Shown here: positions 1-9,506 of the stretch, piece after piece
How positions within the stretch are numbered: the stretch's first letter is position 1
Layout: each line of letters starts with the position of its first letter
From: an uncultured Burkholderiales bacterium
GTDB taxonomy: Bacteria > Pseudomonadota > Gammaproteobacteria > Burkholderiales > Burkholderiaceae_C
DNA: 64,000 nt
Direction: 5' to 3'
Assembly: GCA_903880855.1 (NCBI GenBank)
Contig: CAIRQX010000103.1
Coordinates: 61,161 to 125,160 of the forward strand
Notes under the pieces: model-generated
What the model saw: only the letters and a program-made list of their open reading frames with translations
What the model was told of the DNA's origin: nothing
Database searches by the model: none
Made by a program: the position numbers and the translations under genes

Positions 1-779
1 CAGATCAAATTGTCAATGCAGCGCAAGCGGGCAAGCATGTTTTCTGCGAAAAACCACTGTGTTTAACCTTTAGCGATGCCCAGCGTGCCATCCAAAGTTG
101 TGTGCAACACAAGCGCGTTTTAGGGATTGGCCATGAGCGCAGATTTGAGCCTTCGGTCATTGCTTTGCGCAAAGAGATCGAAGCAGGAGTCTTTGGCACT
201 ATTTTGCAAATTGAGGCTAACTTCAGCCAAGACAAGTTCTTTGCTCTGCCCAAAGACAATTGGCGCCTTTCAAACAAACATGCGCCTGTCGGTCCATTAA
301 CGGCAACCGGTATCCATTTGGTCGATTTGGCGATTGCTGTGTTGGGGCCTGCAGAGTCAGTTTGGGCGCGCTTGGCCACACGTGGTTCTTATTTTGAAAA
401 CGGGGACACGCTTGGCATCATGTTGGCTTTCCCTGACGGTGCCAATGCGCTTATCACCGCTATCTTGGCGACACCTTTTGAAGGCCGTTTTGCGGTTTAT
501 GGGTCTAAGGGTTGGTTTGAAATTCGCGACCGCAAGCACCCTGAAAATCCTGCTGGATGGGACATCAAGCGTGTCATGCAAGGTCAAGAGCCTGTGGCAA
601 GTTTCGCAGACCAGTCTCCTACTGTATTGGCTAATCTCGAAGCTTTTGCAATGGCTATTCGAGGCGAGAAGGCCTACCCAGTTACCCACAAAGAAATGCT
701 GGCCAATGTCGCAGCACTTGAGGCCATCATGAAATCTGTGGTCTCCAAACAAATAGAGCCTATTGCTGTTCCCGTTTGA
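1..779 (+). CDS. Gfo/Idh/MocA family NAD(P)-dependent oxidoreductase, 5'-truncated by the window edge
   Basis: The frame is open from nt 3 to the TGA at 777-779. nt 3-101 translate to DQIVNAAQAGKHVFCEKPLCLTFSDAQRAIQSC, which carries the AGKHVxCEKP motif of this family. Track ORF 102-779 is only the Met-delimited tail. Confidence 0.8.
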   Translation, partial: DQIVNAAQAGKHVFCEKPLCLTFSDAQRAIQSCVQHKRVLGIGHERRFEPSVIALRKEIEAGVFGTILQIEANFSQDKFFALPKDNWRLSNKHAPVGPLTATGIHLVDLAIAVLGPAESVWARLATRGSYFENGDTLGIMLAFPDGANALITAILATPFEGRFAVYGSKGWFEIRDRKHPENPAGWDIKRVMQGQEPVASFADQSPTVLANLEAFAMAIRGEKAYPVTHKEMLANVAALEAIMKSVVSKQIEPIAVPV

Positions 780-1453
780 GTTTTTCTCAATACACCATGA
801 TTTTGAGAAAACCGCCCCTAGAAAAAAAACGACTCACTAGCCAAGAACGGGAAAAGCAAATCGTCTTGGCGGCGGTTGAATTCTTCGCTGAGGTGGGCTT
901 TAGCGGAGACACGCGGCAATTGGCGCGGCGTTTGGGGGTTACGCAGTCTTTGATCTACAAGTACTTTCCCACCAAAGATGCGCTCATCGATAAGGTTTAC
1001 GAGGAAGTCTATGTAGGACGTTGGAATCCATTTTGGGAAGCGGTTATCCAAGACCGCTCGATTCCTCTCGAAGAGCGATTAGTGAGTCTCTACATCGAGT
1101 ATTCAAAAGCCGCATTGACGCGCGACTGGGTGCGTATTTTTATGTTCTCAGGGTTGCGTGGAGAAAGCATCAACAAGAAATATTTGGAAATGCTCCGCAG
1201 CCGTATTCTTGAGCCCGTAGCGATTGAGTTGCGTCAAGAGATGGGATTGCCAGATATCAAATCTATGCCATTGAAGACGTCAGAAATTGAGTTGGTCTGG
1301 AGTATCAATGCACGTATTTTTTACTTCGGACAACGACGTTGGATCTTCGATGTACCCATCGAAGACGATGTCGACGAGATGATCCGATTGACAATTGCGC
1401 ACTTTATGGCGGGTGCAAGAGTCTTGTTGCCAAAAATCCTCAAAACGCAATAA
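776..1453 (+). CDS. TetR/AcrR family transcriptional regulator
   Basis: 225-aa ORF with the N-terminal HTH TRQLARRLGVTQSLIYKYFPTKDAL. The TTG at 776 overlaps the upstream stop (TTGA); an alternative ATG lies at 797. Confidence 0.85.
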   Translation: MSFSQYTMILRKPPLEKKRLTSQEREKQIVLAAVEFFAEVGFSGDTRQLARRLGVTQSLIYKYFPTKDALIDKVYEEVYVGRWNPFWEAVIQDRSIPLEERLVSLYIEYSKAALTRDWVRIFMFSGLRGESINKKYLEMLRSRILEPVAIELRQEMGLPDIKSMPLKTSEIELVWSINARIFYFGQRRWIFDVPIEDDVDEMIRLTIAHFMAGARVLLPKILKTQ

Positions 1454-1501
1454 CAAAAAAGTCGAATTAGGGCGCAACTTTAGGGGAAACCCCAGTCCTA
1501 A

Positions 1502-1530
1502 TGATCACTTGATCACCTTATAGTGATCAC
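1502..1530. promoter_or_regulatory. Putative operator: three TGATCAC heptamers directly upstream of the flavin reductase ATG
   Basis: TGATCAC occurs at 1502-1508, 1510-1516 and 1524-1530. The last copy is part of the palindrome GTGATCAC (1523-1530) and abuts the ATG at 1531. The site lies downstream of the TetR gene. Confidence 0.4.
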
Positions 1531-2037
1531 ATGAACACCAAGTCATCCCCTTCTTTCGATAAACGCGATTTACGCAACGCTTTGGGCAGCTTTGGAACCG
1601 GTGTGACGGTGGTCACTTCCGGAACCAAGCAAACACGGCTCGTTGGCGTAACGGCCAACTCGTTTAGTTCTGTTTCGCTAGACCCGCCCATTGTTTTATG
1701 GAGCTTGGGCAGTACGTCACCTAGCTTGGACATCTTTGATGCATCAGGCCGTTTTGTGATCAATATTTTGGCTCTACATCAAGTGGATTTGTCTAAGCGG
1801 TTCTCTAGCAATCTGTCAGATAAGTTTGAAGGCGTTGACTTCAGTGAAGGATTGGGCGGATTGCCTGTCTTAAACGATTGTGTTGCTACGATCGAATGCA
1901 AAACGATACAACGTACGGTGGTTGGCGATCATGTGCTTTTCTTAGGACAGGTTGAAAAATATTTGTACGAGCGCAAACCTACATTGCTGTTTTGTCAAGG
2001 AAATTACCTGCAAGGCGTCGAGTATGAAACGTCTTAA
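1531..2037 (+). CDS. Flavin reductase family protein (NAD(P)H:flavin oxidoreductase component of two-component monooxygenases)
   Basis: 168 aa. FGTGVTVVTS...VGVTANSFSSVSLDPPIVLWSL is the typical HpaC/flavin-reductase-like domain pattern. Confidence 0.85.
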   Translation: MNTKSSPSFDKRDLRNALGSFGTGVTVVTSGTKQTRLVGVTANSFSSVSLDPPIVLWSLGSTSPSLDIFDASGRFVINILALHQVDLSKRFSSNLSDKFEGVDFSEGLGGLPVLNDCVATIECKTIQRTVVGDHVLFLGQVEKYLYERKPTLLFCQGNYLQGVEYETS

Positions 2038-2069
2038 CGCATATTCTTTTAAATATTGAGGAGAACGAT

Positions 2070-3158
2070 TTGAAGTACAGCACGTTCATGATGCCCTTGC
2101 ATCCGCCAGGTCGCAACATTACGCAAACCCTACAAGAAGACCGTGAAGCTGTGATCTTGGCAGATCAACTTGGTTTTAGTGAGGCCTATGTCGGCGAGCA
2201 CGTCACCGATGCAGCGGAAACCGTAACGTCTTCGATGATTTTCTTAGCTAGCTTGATTAGTGATACCAAAAACATCATGCTGGGAACGGGCACGATCAAT
2301 GTTCCCAATTCACACCCAGCCGCTATCGCTGCCCAAGCTGCGATGATGGACCATATGCTCAAAGGCCGATTCATCATGGGCATTAGCCCCGGAGGTTTGA
2401 TGTCGGACGCAGAAGTCTTTGGTAACTTTGGCAAAGACCGCAATGCGATGTTTGTAGAAGGCATCAACATGGTGCTGAAGATTTGGGAGTCTGACCCACC
2501 TTACAACTTAGAGGGCGAGTTCTTTAATGTCACTGTGGGTAAAACCATGATCCCAGAGATTGGGCAAGGCTTCATCATGAAGCCTTACCAACGCCCGCAT
2601 CCGTTAATTGTCGGTACTGCTGTAGCGCCTTTCTCTAAAGGCGTGACAGAAATGGCCAAGCGTGGCTGGCAACCTATTTCCGCCAATTTCTTGATGCCAG
2701 AGTGGGTCAAGTCTCACTGGCCTAAGTATGTAGAAGGTCGCGAAGAGGTAGGTGCTGTGGCACATCCGAACGAGTGGCGAATTGCAAAAAGTATTTTTGT
2801 GGCGGACGATGAAGCGACTGCCAAGCGCTATGGCCTAGAGGAGGGCGGACCGCACCACTTCTATTTCAAGCAATTGGTTCGTAAGTTGGTCAACGGGGGG
2901 CGCAGTAATTTGTTCAAAACAGATCCGAACATGGATGATGCATTGGTCACACCTGAATATGTAGCCAACAAATTGGTATTCGCCGGCACGGTGAATTCAG
3001 TGGTAGATCAAATCCTTGCTTTCCGAGAATATGTTGGCGACTTTGGTAATCTTTTGTATGCTGGCCATGATTGGATGGACCCCAAGCTTGCTAAACGTTC
3101 CATGGAGCTATTTGCAACAGAAGTGATGCCCCGCGTCAATGCAGCCATAGGCCATTAA
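2070..3158 (+). CDS. LLM-class (luciferase-like) flavin-dependent monooxygenase
   Basis: 362 aa. The MKYSTFMMP start is typical of luciferase-like monooxygenases. TTG start with a GAGGAG Shine-Dalgarno 8 nt upstream, next to the flavin reductase gene. Confidence 0.8.
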   Translation: MKYSTFMMPLHPPGRNITQTLQEDREAVILADQLGFSEAYVGEHVTDAAETVTSSMIFLASLISDTKNIMLGTGTINVPNSHPAAIAAQAAMMDHMLKGRFIMGISPGGLMSDAEVFGNFGKDRNAMFVEGINMVLKIWESDPPYNLEGEFFNVTVGKTMIPEIGQGFIMKPYQRPHPLIVGTAVAPFSKGVTEMAKRGWQPISANFLMPEWVKSHWPKYVEGREEVGAVAHPNEWRIAKSIFVADDEATAKRYGLEEGGPHHFYFKQLVRKLVNGGRSNLFKTDPNMDDALVTPEYVANKLVFAGTVNSVVDQILAFREYVGDFGNLLYAGHDWMDPKLAKRSMELFATEVMPRVNAAIGH

Positions 3159-3189
3159 AAAGTAACCGGGCCTAAATCAGGAGATATCA

Positions 3190-4953
3190 GTGAAACAAGA
3201 CCAAGGCTCAGCTTTTACTGAAACCCGCGCAGGCATGACCATCGATTGGGATGTGCCCATCCTGATGGAAGACGGCTTAACGTTGCGTGCAGATGTGTTT
3301 CGCCCAATTGCAAGCGGGCGTTATCCCGTCTTGTTGAGCTATGGACCTTATGCAAAGGGCTTGTCCTTCCAAGAGGGGTATCCCAGTGCATGGCAAAAAA
3401 TGGTGAGCGAACATCCTGATGTGCCTTATGGCTCTAGCAATTTATTTCAAAACTGGGAAGTTGTAGATCCAGAAAAATGGGTGCCGGATGGATATGTTTG
3501 TGTACGCGTAGATTCGCGTGGATGTGGTCGCTCGCCTGGGTATGTAGACCACTTCTCGCCGCGTGAAACCCAAGACTTTGTGAACTGCATTGAATGGGCA
3601 GGTGAACAAGCATGGTCGTGCGGTAAGGTCGGACTCTCCGGGGTGTCTTACTTCGGTATCAACCAATGGCAAGTTGCTAGCCGTAACCCCAAGTATTTGG
3701 CTGCTATGTGTATTTGGGAAGGTGCCGCAGATTGGTACCGCGATATGACCCACCATGGTGGAATTGTGTCGACCTTTTGGGATAACTGGTACGACATGCA
3801 AGTGAAAACGGTGCAATACGGACTGGGAGAGCGTGGGCCTAAAAGTAAGGCAACTGGCGCTTTAGTGTGTGGCGATGTCACCTTGTCTGACCAAGAGTTG
3901 GCCGCGAACCGCTGCCAATTTGGCCAAGACATTCTTGCGCATCCAACTGATGACGCCTACCACCAAGAACGATCTGCCCAATGGGACAAGATCACTGTGC
4001 CATTTTTATCGGCAGGCAACTGGGGTGGTCAAGGTTTGCACTTACGTGGCAACTCTGAAAGCTTCATGCGTGCTGCCTCCAAACAAAAATGGCTTGAGAT
4101 GCACGGACTCGAGCATTGGACTCACTTCTACACAGATTACGGCGTTCAAATTCAAAAGAGATTTTTTGCGCATTTTCTAAAAGGTGAAGACAACGGCTGG
4201 GATAAAGAACCACCTGTACGTTTACAAGTGCGCCACGTCAAGCACTTTGAGGAGCGCACCGAGAGCAATTGGCCCTTGCCGCAAACGCAGTGGACCAAGA
4301 TGTTTTTGGGTGCAAAAGACCAAGCCTTGTCATCACACCCCTCAGGCGACACTGGATCTTTGAGTTTTCAAGCCATCGGTGATGGACTAACTTTCGTATC
4401 TGCTCCTATGTCGCAAGAGATGGAGTTGACTGGGCCAGTTGCTGCGAAGTTAAAAATTTCCTCATCCACCGCAGATGCAGACTTGTTTTTAGTCTTGCGT
4501 GTTTTGACGCCAGATATGCGTGAAGTTACATTCGCTGGTGCAATTGATCCCCATACGCCAGTGGCGCAAGGGTGGTTGCGTGCCTCACACAGAGCGCTCG
4601 ACACCCAACTGACCAAGCCCTATCGTCCGTACCACACCCATACGGATCCACAGCCCTTAGTTCCTGGTAAGCCGGTTGAATTAGACGTGGAACTGTGGCC
4701 TACCTCCATCGTTATTCCAGCGGGGCATCGGCTCGCGCTGTCAGTGCGTGGTCGGGATTACACCTATGCTGAGAAGACGGGGTTGAAACTGTCTAACTTC
4801 AAGAATGAACTACTGGGATGCGGACCGTTTCTGCACAATGACCCACGTGACCGTCCTAGGGCTATTTTTAATGGCGAAACCACCTTACATTTCGATTCTG
4901 ACGCGCAGCCTTTCTTGCTGCTGCCCGTTATCCCGCGAGGGAGTCAACAATAA
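3190..4953 (+). CDS. CocE/NonD family hydrolase (S15 X-Pro dipeptidyl-peptidase-like alpha/beta hydrolase)
   Basis: 587 aa. Nucleophile motif GVSYFG (GxSYxG) and a long C-terminal beta-sandwich-type region. GTG start preceded by AGGAGA. Confidence 0.8.
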   Translation: MKQDQGSAFTETRAGMTIDWDVPILMEDGLTLRADVFRPIASGRYPVLLSYGPYAKGLSFQEGYPSAWQKMVSEHPDVPYGSSNLFQNWEVVDPEKWVPDGYVCVRVDSRGCGRSPGYVDHFSPRETQDFVNCIEWAGEQAWSCGKVGLSGVSYFGINQWQVASRNPKYLAAMCIWEGAADWYRDMTHHGGIVSTFWDNWYDMQVKTVQYGLGERGPKSKATGALVCGDVTLSDQELAANRCQFGQDILAHPTDDAYHQERSAQWDKITVPFLSAGNWGGQGLHLRGNSESFMRAASKQKWLEMHGLEHWTHFYTDYGVQIQKRFFAHFLKGEDNGWDKEPPVRLQVRHVKHFEERTESNWPLPQTQWTKMFLGAKDQALSSHPSGDTGSLSFQAIGDGLTFVSAPMSQEMELTGPVAAKLKISSSTADADLFLVLRVLTPDMREVTFAGAIDPHTPVAQGWLRASHRALDTQLTKPYRPYHTHTDPQPLVPGKPVELDVELWPTSIVIPAGHRLALSVRGRDYTYAEKTGLKLSNFKNELLGCGPFLHNDPRDRPRAIFNGETTLHFDSDAQPFLLLPVIPRGSQQ

Positions 4954-5018
4954 CCTCCCACAGAAGGAGGTATGACAGCAAGTTTGAATTTCAACCGAGC
5001 AACTATTTAGGAGACACC

Positions 5019-6263
5019 ATGACAACAAGACGCGACTTTCTACAAACCACTGCAGCCACTGGTATGACCATGGTTTTGCCCACAGCATTGCATGCGCAAT
5101 CGGGCGACGCTATTCGTATTGGACTATTGACGGTTAAAACAGGTCCATTGGCATCTGGCGGCATTGACATGGAGCGCGCCTTGCTCATGTATTTGAACGA
5201 GCGCAACAATATGATTGCTGGGCAAAAAGTGCAACTCATCGTTGCGGATACTGGCGGTGTTCCTGCGAATGCCAAGTCCAAAGTGCAAGAGTTGGTGGAG
5301 CTCAATAAAGTACACGTCTTGATGGGCCCCTTGGCCGCATTCGAGGCCCTCGCGATTGACGACTACATCAAGGCGCAAAAAATTCCCACCTTGTCAGTTG
5401 CAGCAGCCGAGGATATGACCCAACGTAAACCTAATCCTTGGTTTGTGCGAGCTACCTCAACATCGGCGCAGTGCGCACACGTCATGGCAGACCATTGCGC
5501 AAAAACTTTGAAGTTCAAACGTATGGTCTTGATTGCTGATGACATCGCATATGGACACGAAATGAATGCTGGCTTTCAACGCGTGTTCGAAGAAAACGGC
5601 GGCAAGATCGTTCAAAAAATGTTCCCGCCGTTGACTGCACCCGATTACGGTAGTTTTCTGGCCCAGCTAAAAACCAATGTGGACGGTATCTTTTTAGGAT
5701 TCGCTGGCTCCAACGGCTTTAGATTTTTGCGTCAATTTAATGAATACGGCCTGAGTAGCAAGATGACCGTGGTTGGCGGTATGACTGCACTGGATGAATC
5801 TGTGCTTCGTAACATGGGCGATGAAGCCTTGGGTATTCAAACTGTTTGCTGGTATTCGCCTGAATTGAGTAACCCTATCAATGCCAAGTTTGCACCTGCT
5901 TTCCGCAAGTTATACAACTATGACCCAGGCTTTTATGCAGCTGCCACTTATGTGAGCGGTGCTGTGTTGGAAGCTGCAGTCAGTGCTGTTGGCGGCAAAG
6001 TGAACAATAAAGATGCGTTCATGGCAGCCCTCAAGAAAACCAGTGTGCCTACCGCACGCGGTTATGTGAAATTCGATGACCTCGGCAATGTGGTCGGCGA
6101 TGTCTACATCCGACAAGTCGCCCGTAAAGAAGGTCGCCTGGTCAATTCCGTGATCAAGACTTATTCCAACATTAGCCAGTATTGGACTTATGACCCTAAG
6201 CAATTCTTAGCAAACCCTGTGTATTCGCGTGATTGGCCGCCAGCCAAGAACATAGAGTCTTAA
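5019..6263 (+). CDS. ABC transporter substrate-binding protein, Leu/Ile/Val-binding (LivK-like, type 1 PBP) family, with a twin-arginine signal
   Basis: 414 aa. N-terminus MTTRRDFLQTTAATGMTMVLPTALHA (TRRDFL Tat motif, AxA cleavage site). Followed by livHMGF-like genes; AGGAGA Shine-Dalgarno. Confidence 0.85.
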   Translation: MTTRRDFLQTTAATGMTMVLPTALHAQSGDAIRIGLLTVKTGPLASGGIDMERALLMYLNERNNMIAGQKVQLIVADTGGVPANAKSKVQELVELNKVHVLMGPLAAFEALAIDDYIKAQKIPTLSVAAAEDMTQRKPNPWFVRATSTSAQCAHVMADHCAKTLKFKRMVLIADDIAYGHEMNAGFQRVFEENGGKIVQKMFPPLTAPDYGSFLAQLKTNVDGIFLGFAGSNGFRFLRQFNEYGLSSKMTVVGGMTALDESVLRNMGDEALGIQTVCWYSPELSNPINAKFAPAFRKLYNYDPGFYAAATYVSGAVLEAAVSAVGGKVNNKDAFMAALKKTSVPTARGYVKFDDLGNVVGDVYIRQVARKEGRLVNSVIKTYSNISQYWTYDPKQFLANPVYSRDWPPAKNIES

Positions 6264-6270
6264 GCCGCTT

Positions 6271-7131
6271 ATGCAAATCTGGGTGATCCAAACTCTCAAC
6301 AGTTTGGCTTTTGGAGGACTGCTATTTATGCTGTCCTCCGGTTTTGCGCTCATCTTTGGATTGATGCGCATTGCCAATTTGACGCATGGGTCCTTGTTTA
6401 TGCTGGGCGCTTACGTGGCTGCTTCGATGATTCGAGGTGGCCATGGATTAATTTTGGCAGCTTGTGCCTCCATGATCACCATGGCTGTAGTGGGTGGTTT
6501 GATTGAGCGATTTATTTTGCGTCGCTTAACCAACAATGCCCAAGGTCAAGTTTTGGCTACTTTGGGACTATCCTTTGTGGTGGCTGATTTGTGTTTGATG
6601 ATCTGGGGCGGTGATCCACTACCCATTCAAACGCCCGCCATGTTTATTGCGCCGATGGAATTTTACGGATTGCGTTTTCCCACTTACCGTTTGGTTGTTT
6701 TAGGTTTTTCCATTGTGGTGGGCATATTGCTGTACTTGTTGATGGAGAGAACCCGATTAGGCGCCATGATTCGCGCGGGTGTGGACGACATGCCGATGGC
6801 GCGCGCGGTCGGTATTCCAGCATCTCTTTTATTCACGACCGTATTTTGTTTGGGTGCTGCATTGGCTGGATTGGGTGGCGCTTTAGGTGGCCCTATCTTC
6901 AATGCCTATCCGGGGCTAGATGCTGATATGTTGCCGCTCGCACTCATTGTGGTGATATTGGGTGGGGTAGGTAGCTTGGTTGGTACTTTTGTCGCTAGCT
7001 TTATTGTTGGATTTATTTATACCTTTGGCATTGCACTTGTGCCAGATTTGGCCTATGTGATTTTGTTTTTACCGATGGTTTTGGTGATCGCCTTTAAGCC
7101 ACAAGGTTTATTTGGAAGAGTCACAACATGA
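6271..7131 (+). CDS. Branched-chain amino acid-type ABC transporter permease (LivH-like)
   Basis: 286-aa polytopic membrane protein in the operon position between the binding protein and the LivM-like gene. Confidence 0.85.
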   Translation: MQIWVIQTLNSLAFGGLLFMLSSGFALIFGLMRIANLTHGSLFMLGAYVAASMIRGGHGLILAACASMITMAVVGGLIERFILRRLTNNAQGQVLATLGLSFVVADLCLMIWGGDPLPIQTPAMFIAPMEFYGLRFPTYRLVVLGFSIVVGILLYLLMERTRLGAMIRAGVDDMPMARAVGIPASLLFTTVFCLGAALAGLGGALGGPIFNAYPGLDADMLPLALIVVILGGVGSLVGTFVASFIVGFIYTFGIALVPDLAYVILFLPMVLVIAFKPQGLFGRVTT

Positions 7132-8066
7132 ACCGAATCGGTATATTGCTGGGTTTGGTGTTTTTGGCGCTCCTGCCATTGGTCTCTGGTGAATACTTTG
7201 TCAACTTGGGCAGTCAAATTTTGATTGCTGTGATTTTTGCGTCTAGCTTGAATCTGTTGGTGGGATACGCTGGGTTGACATCTTTGGGTCATGCCTCCTA
7301 CCTAGGTTTATCTGCTTACATTTCAGCATGGTTATCTATCAAGATGGGATTGGACCACTCGGTCACAGCACCTGCTGCCTTGCTGCTGACAACATTGATT
7401 GGAATGGTGTTTGGCTGGATCGCCTTACGCGCAACAGGCTTGGGTTTTTTGATGCTGACCTTAGCCTTGTCGCAAATCGTGTGGGGCTTGGGTTATCGCT
7501 GGGTATCTGTGACGAATGGTGACAACGGTTTGTCAGGTCTTACGCGTCCTCACCCATTTGGTATTGATTTAGACATCAGCAATAATTTTTATTGGTTTGT
7601 CTTGATCATTACCTGCGCATGCATTTATATGATTCATGTGATGATTCGTTCGCCTTTTGGTGCCTCGATTCGTGGAACGCGAGACCAAGCTCGGCGTATG
7701 AGTGCACTTGGCTTCAACGTCTGGGCGATTCGCTGGACTACGTTTGTCATCGCGAGTTTCATAGGTGCTGTTGCAGGGCTGATGTACGTGTACTTCCATA
7801 AATACATTCACCCTAGCGTGATGGCGATTACTGTTTCTGCAGAGGCCTTGTTATGCGTGATTGCTGGGGGCTCAGGCACTTTGGTAGGACCACTGCTTGG
7901 AGCGTTTGTTGTAGTGGTGCTTAAGAACTATGCGTCCGCGTATGTTGAGCGCTGGAACATGTTGCTCGGATTGGTATTTTTATTTATTGTGATCTTCATG
8001 CCTGCAGGATTGGTGTCTGCTGTTGCCGTATGGAAAGATCGTTTCAAAAGCGGAAGTAAGACATGA
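7128..8066 (+). CDS. Branched-chain amino acid-type ABC transporter permease (LivM-like)
   Basis: 312-aa polytopic membrane protein. 4-nt ATGA overlaps with both neighbouring genes. Confidence 0.85.
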   Translation: MNRIGILLGLVFLALLPLVSGEYFVNLGSQILIAVIFASSLNLLVGYAGLTSLGHASYLGLSAYISAWLSIKMGLDHSVTAPAALLLTTLIGMVFGWIALRATGLGFLMLTLALSQIVWGLGYRWVSVTNGDNGLSGLTRPHPFGIDLDISNNFYWFVLIITCACIYMIHVMIRSPFGASIRGTRDQARRMSALGFNVWAIRWTTFVIASFIGAVAGLMYVYFHKYIHPSVMAITVSAEALLCVIAGGSGTLVGPLLGAFVVVVLKNYASAYVERWNMLLGLVFLFIVIFMPAGLVSAVAVWKDRFKSGSKT

Positions 8067-8803
8067 CCTTCGCGCTTGAAATAAAAAACCTGTGTAAAAG
8101 TTTTGGTGGCATCAAGGTCACGCAAGACGTTTCTTTTTCAGTCAAGCCTGGCGAGCGACGTTTGATCATCGGACCCAATGGCGCTGGTAAAACAACCCTT
8201 TTTAACCAAATCTCTGGTGAGCTAAAACCTGACTCAGGCAGCATCAAAGTATTTGGTGAAGATTTAACTTTCCAGCCTGTTCACAGACGTGCCCATGCTG
8301 GTGTAAGTCGTACCTATCAAATCATCACGTTGTTTCCCAAAGACACGTTGTTACACAACGTTGTGTTGTCTTTGTTGGGCGTTAGCAATCGTCGTTTTCA
8401 AGCTTTCAGTCCGTTGACTGTGAATGACGAGTTGTTCGAAAAGGCCGAATCAATATTGGATTCTGTGGGATTGACGGGTTCCGGCCATTTGGCCGCTGGA
8501 GAAATATCGTATGGAGAGCAGCGTCGGGTAGAGATTGCAGTTGCTATGGCCCAATCGCCTCGACTGCTCTTATTGGATGAGCCCTTGGCGGGTTTGTCGC
8601 AAGATGAGCGCATCATCGTGCGTGATTTGGTAGCGGCCTTACCTAAAACAACCACGATTGTCATGATTGAACACGACATGGACGTCGCCTTAGCATTTGC
8701 TGAACAAATTGCTGTGCTTCACTATGGCAGTTTGATTGTTGAAGGGGACCGCGAAACAGTTGTCAATCACCCCCGTACTCGGGAGGTCTATCTTGGCCAC
8801 TGA
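8063..8803 (+). CDS. ABC transporter ATP-binding protein (LivG-like)
   Basis: Walker A GPNGAGKTT, signature YGEQRR, Walker B LLLLDEP. Confidence 0.9.
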   Translation: MTFALEIKNLCKSFGGIKVTQDVSFSVKPGERRLIIGPNGAGKTTLFNQISGELKPDSGSIKVFGEDLTFQPVHRRAHAGVSRTYQIITLFPKDTLLHNVVLSLLGVSNRRFQAFSPLTVNDELFEKAESILDSVGLTGSGHLAAGEISYGEQRRVEIAVAMAQSPRLLLLDEPLAGLSQDERIIVRDLVAALPKTTTIVMIEHDMDVALAFAEQIAVLHYGSLIVEGDRETVVNHPRTREVYLGH

Positions 8804-9506
8804 TCTATTACACCTCGATGCCATACACGCACACTATGGCGAAAGCCATGTGCTGCACGGAATTTCATTTGGGCTCCAAAAAGGCCATGTGCTTGCCTTG
8901 CTGGGACGCAACGGAGCGGGAAAAACGACGACCTTGCTAACGCTGTCTGGCTTGCTTGCATGCACTGGCGGACAAATTTATCTGGACGGACAAGCCATTG
9001 GAAGCATGGTGCCTGAGGCCATCGCTAAGCGCGGCATTCGATTGGTGCCGCAAGGGCGGCGTGTTTTTGCGAGTTTGAGCGTGGAAGAAAACCTCATCGT
9101 TGCGCAGCAAAAACGTGAAACTTCTCACCCTTGGAATATTGAACGCGTGTATGACCTGTTCCCCCAACTGGAACCCCGTCACAAGCAACGTGCTGGCACC
9201 TTGTCTGGTGGCGAGCAGCAGATGCTCGTCATTGGGCGTGCACTGATGGGAAATCCAGATGTGCTGCTACTCGATGAGCCCTCTGAAGGATTAGCGCCTT
9301 TGATCGTCGCTGAAGTCTCACGTGGAATTGCCAAACTCAAGTCCGAAGGACTGTCGATTATTTTGGTTGAACAAAATTTTGATTTGGCGATGCGTCTTGC
9401 AGACGATGTGGTGGTGCTCAACACGGGGCAAGTGGCTTTCAGTGGAACGCATGAAGCTGTTCAAGCCAATCCTGATCTGGCAACCCGGCATCTGGGAGTT
9501 TTTTGA
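8793..9506 (+). CDS. ABC transporter ATP-binding protein (LivF-like)
   Basis: Walker A GRNGAGKTT, signature LSGGEQQM, Walker B LLLLDEP. Track ORF starts at 8736, but the TTG at 8793 gives the usual short N-terminus (MATDLLHLDAIHAHYG) and an 11-nt overlap with the LivG stop. The start is not certain. Confidence 0.8.
   Translation: MATDLLHLDAIHAHYGESHVLHGISFGLQKGHVLALLGRNGAGKTTTLLTLSGLLACTGGQIYLDGQAIGSMVPEAIAKRGIRLVPQGRRVFASLSVEENLIVAQQKRETSHPWNIERVYDLFPQLEPRHKQRAGTLSGGEQQMLVIGRALMGNPDVLLLDEPSEGLAPLIVAEVSRGIAKLKSEGLSIILVEQNFDLAMRLADDVVVLNTGQVAFSGTHEAVQANPDLATRHLGVF

Noticed and set aside
186-200. Sigma54-like TGGCAC-N5-TGCA match
   Set aside because: The GG-to-GC spacing is one nucleotide short of consensus. 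The site lies inside the Gfo/Idh/MocA CDS with no downstream gene start, and no enhancer-binding protein gene is nearby.
4953-4971. Hairpin ACCTCC-CACAGAA-GGAGGT after the CocE/NonD gene as a terminator
   Set aside because: It has only 6 bp and no following T-tract. The GGAGG arm may simply be SD-like sequence, so it is too weak to call.
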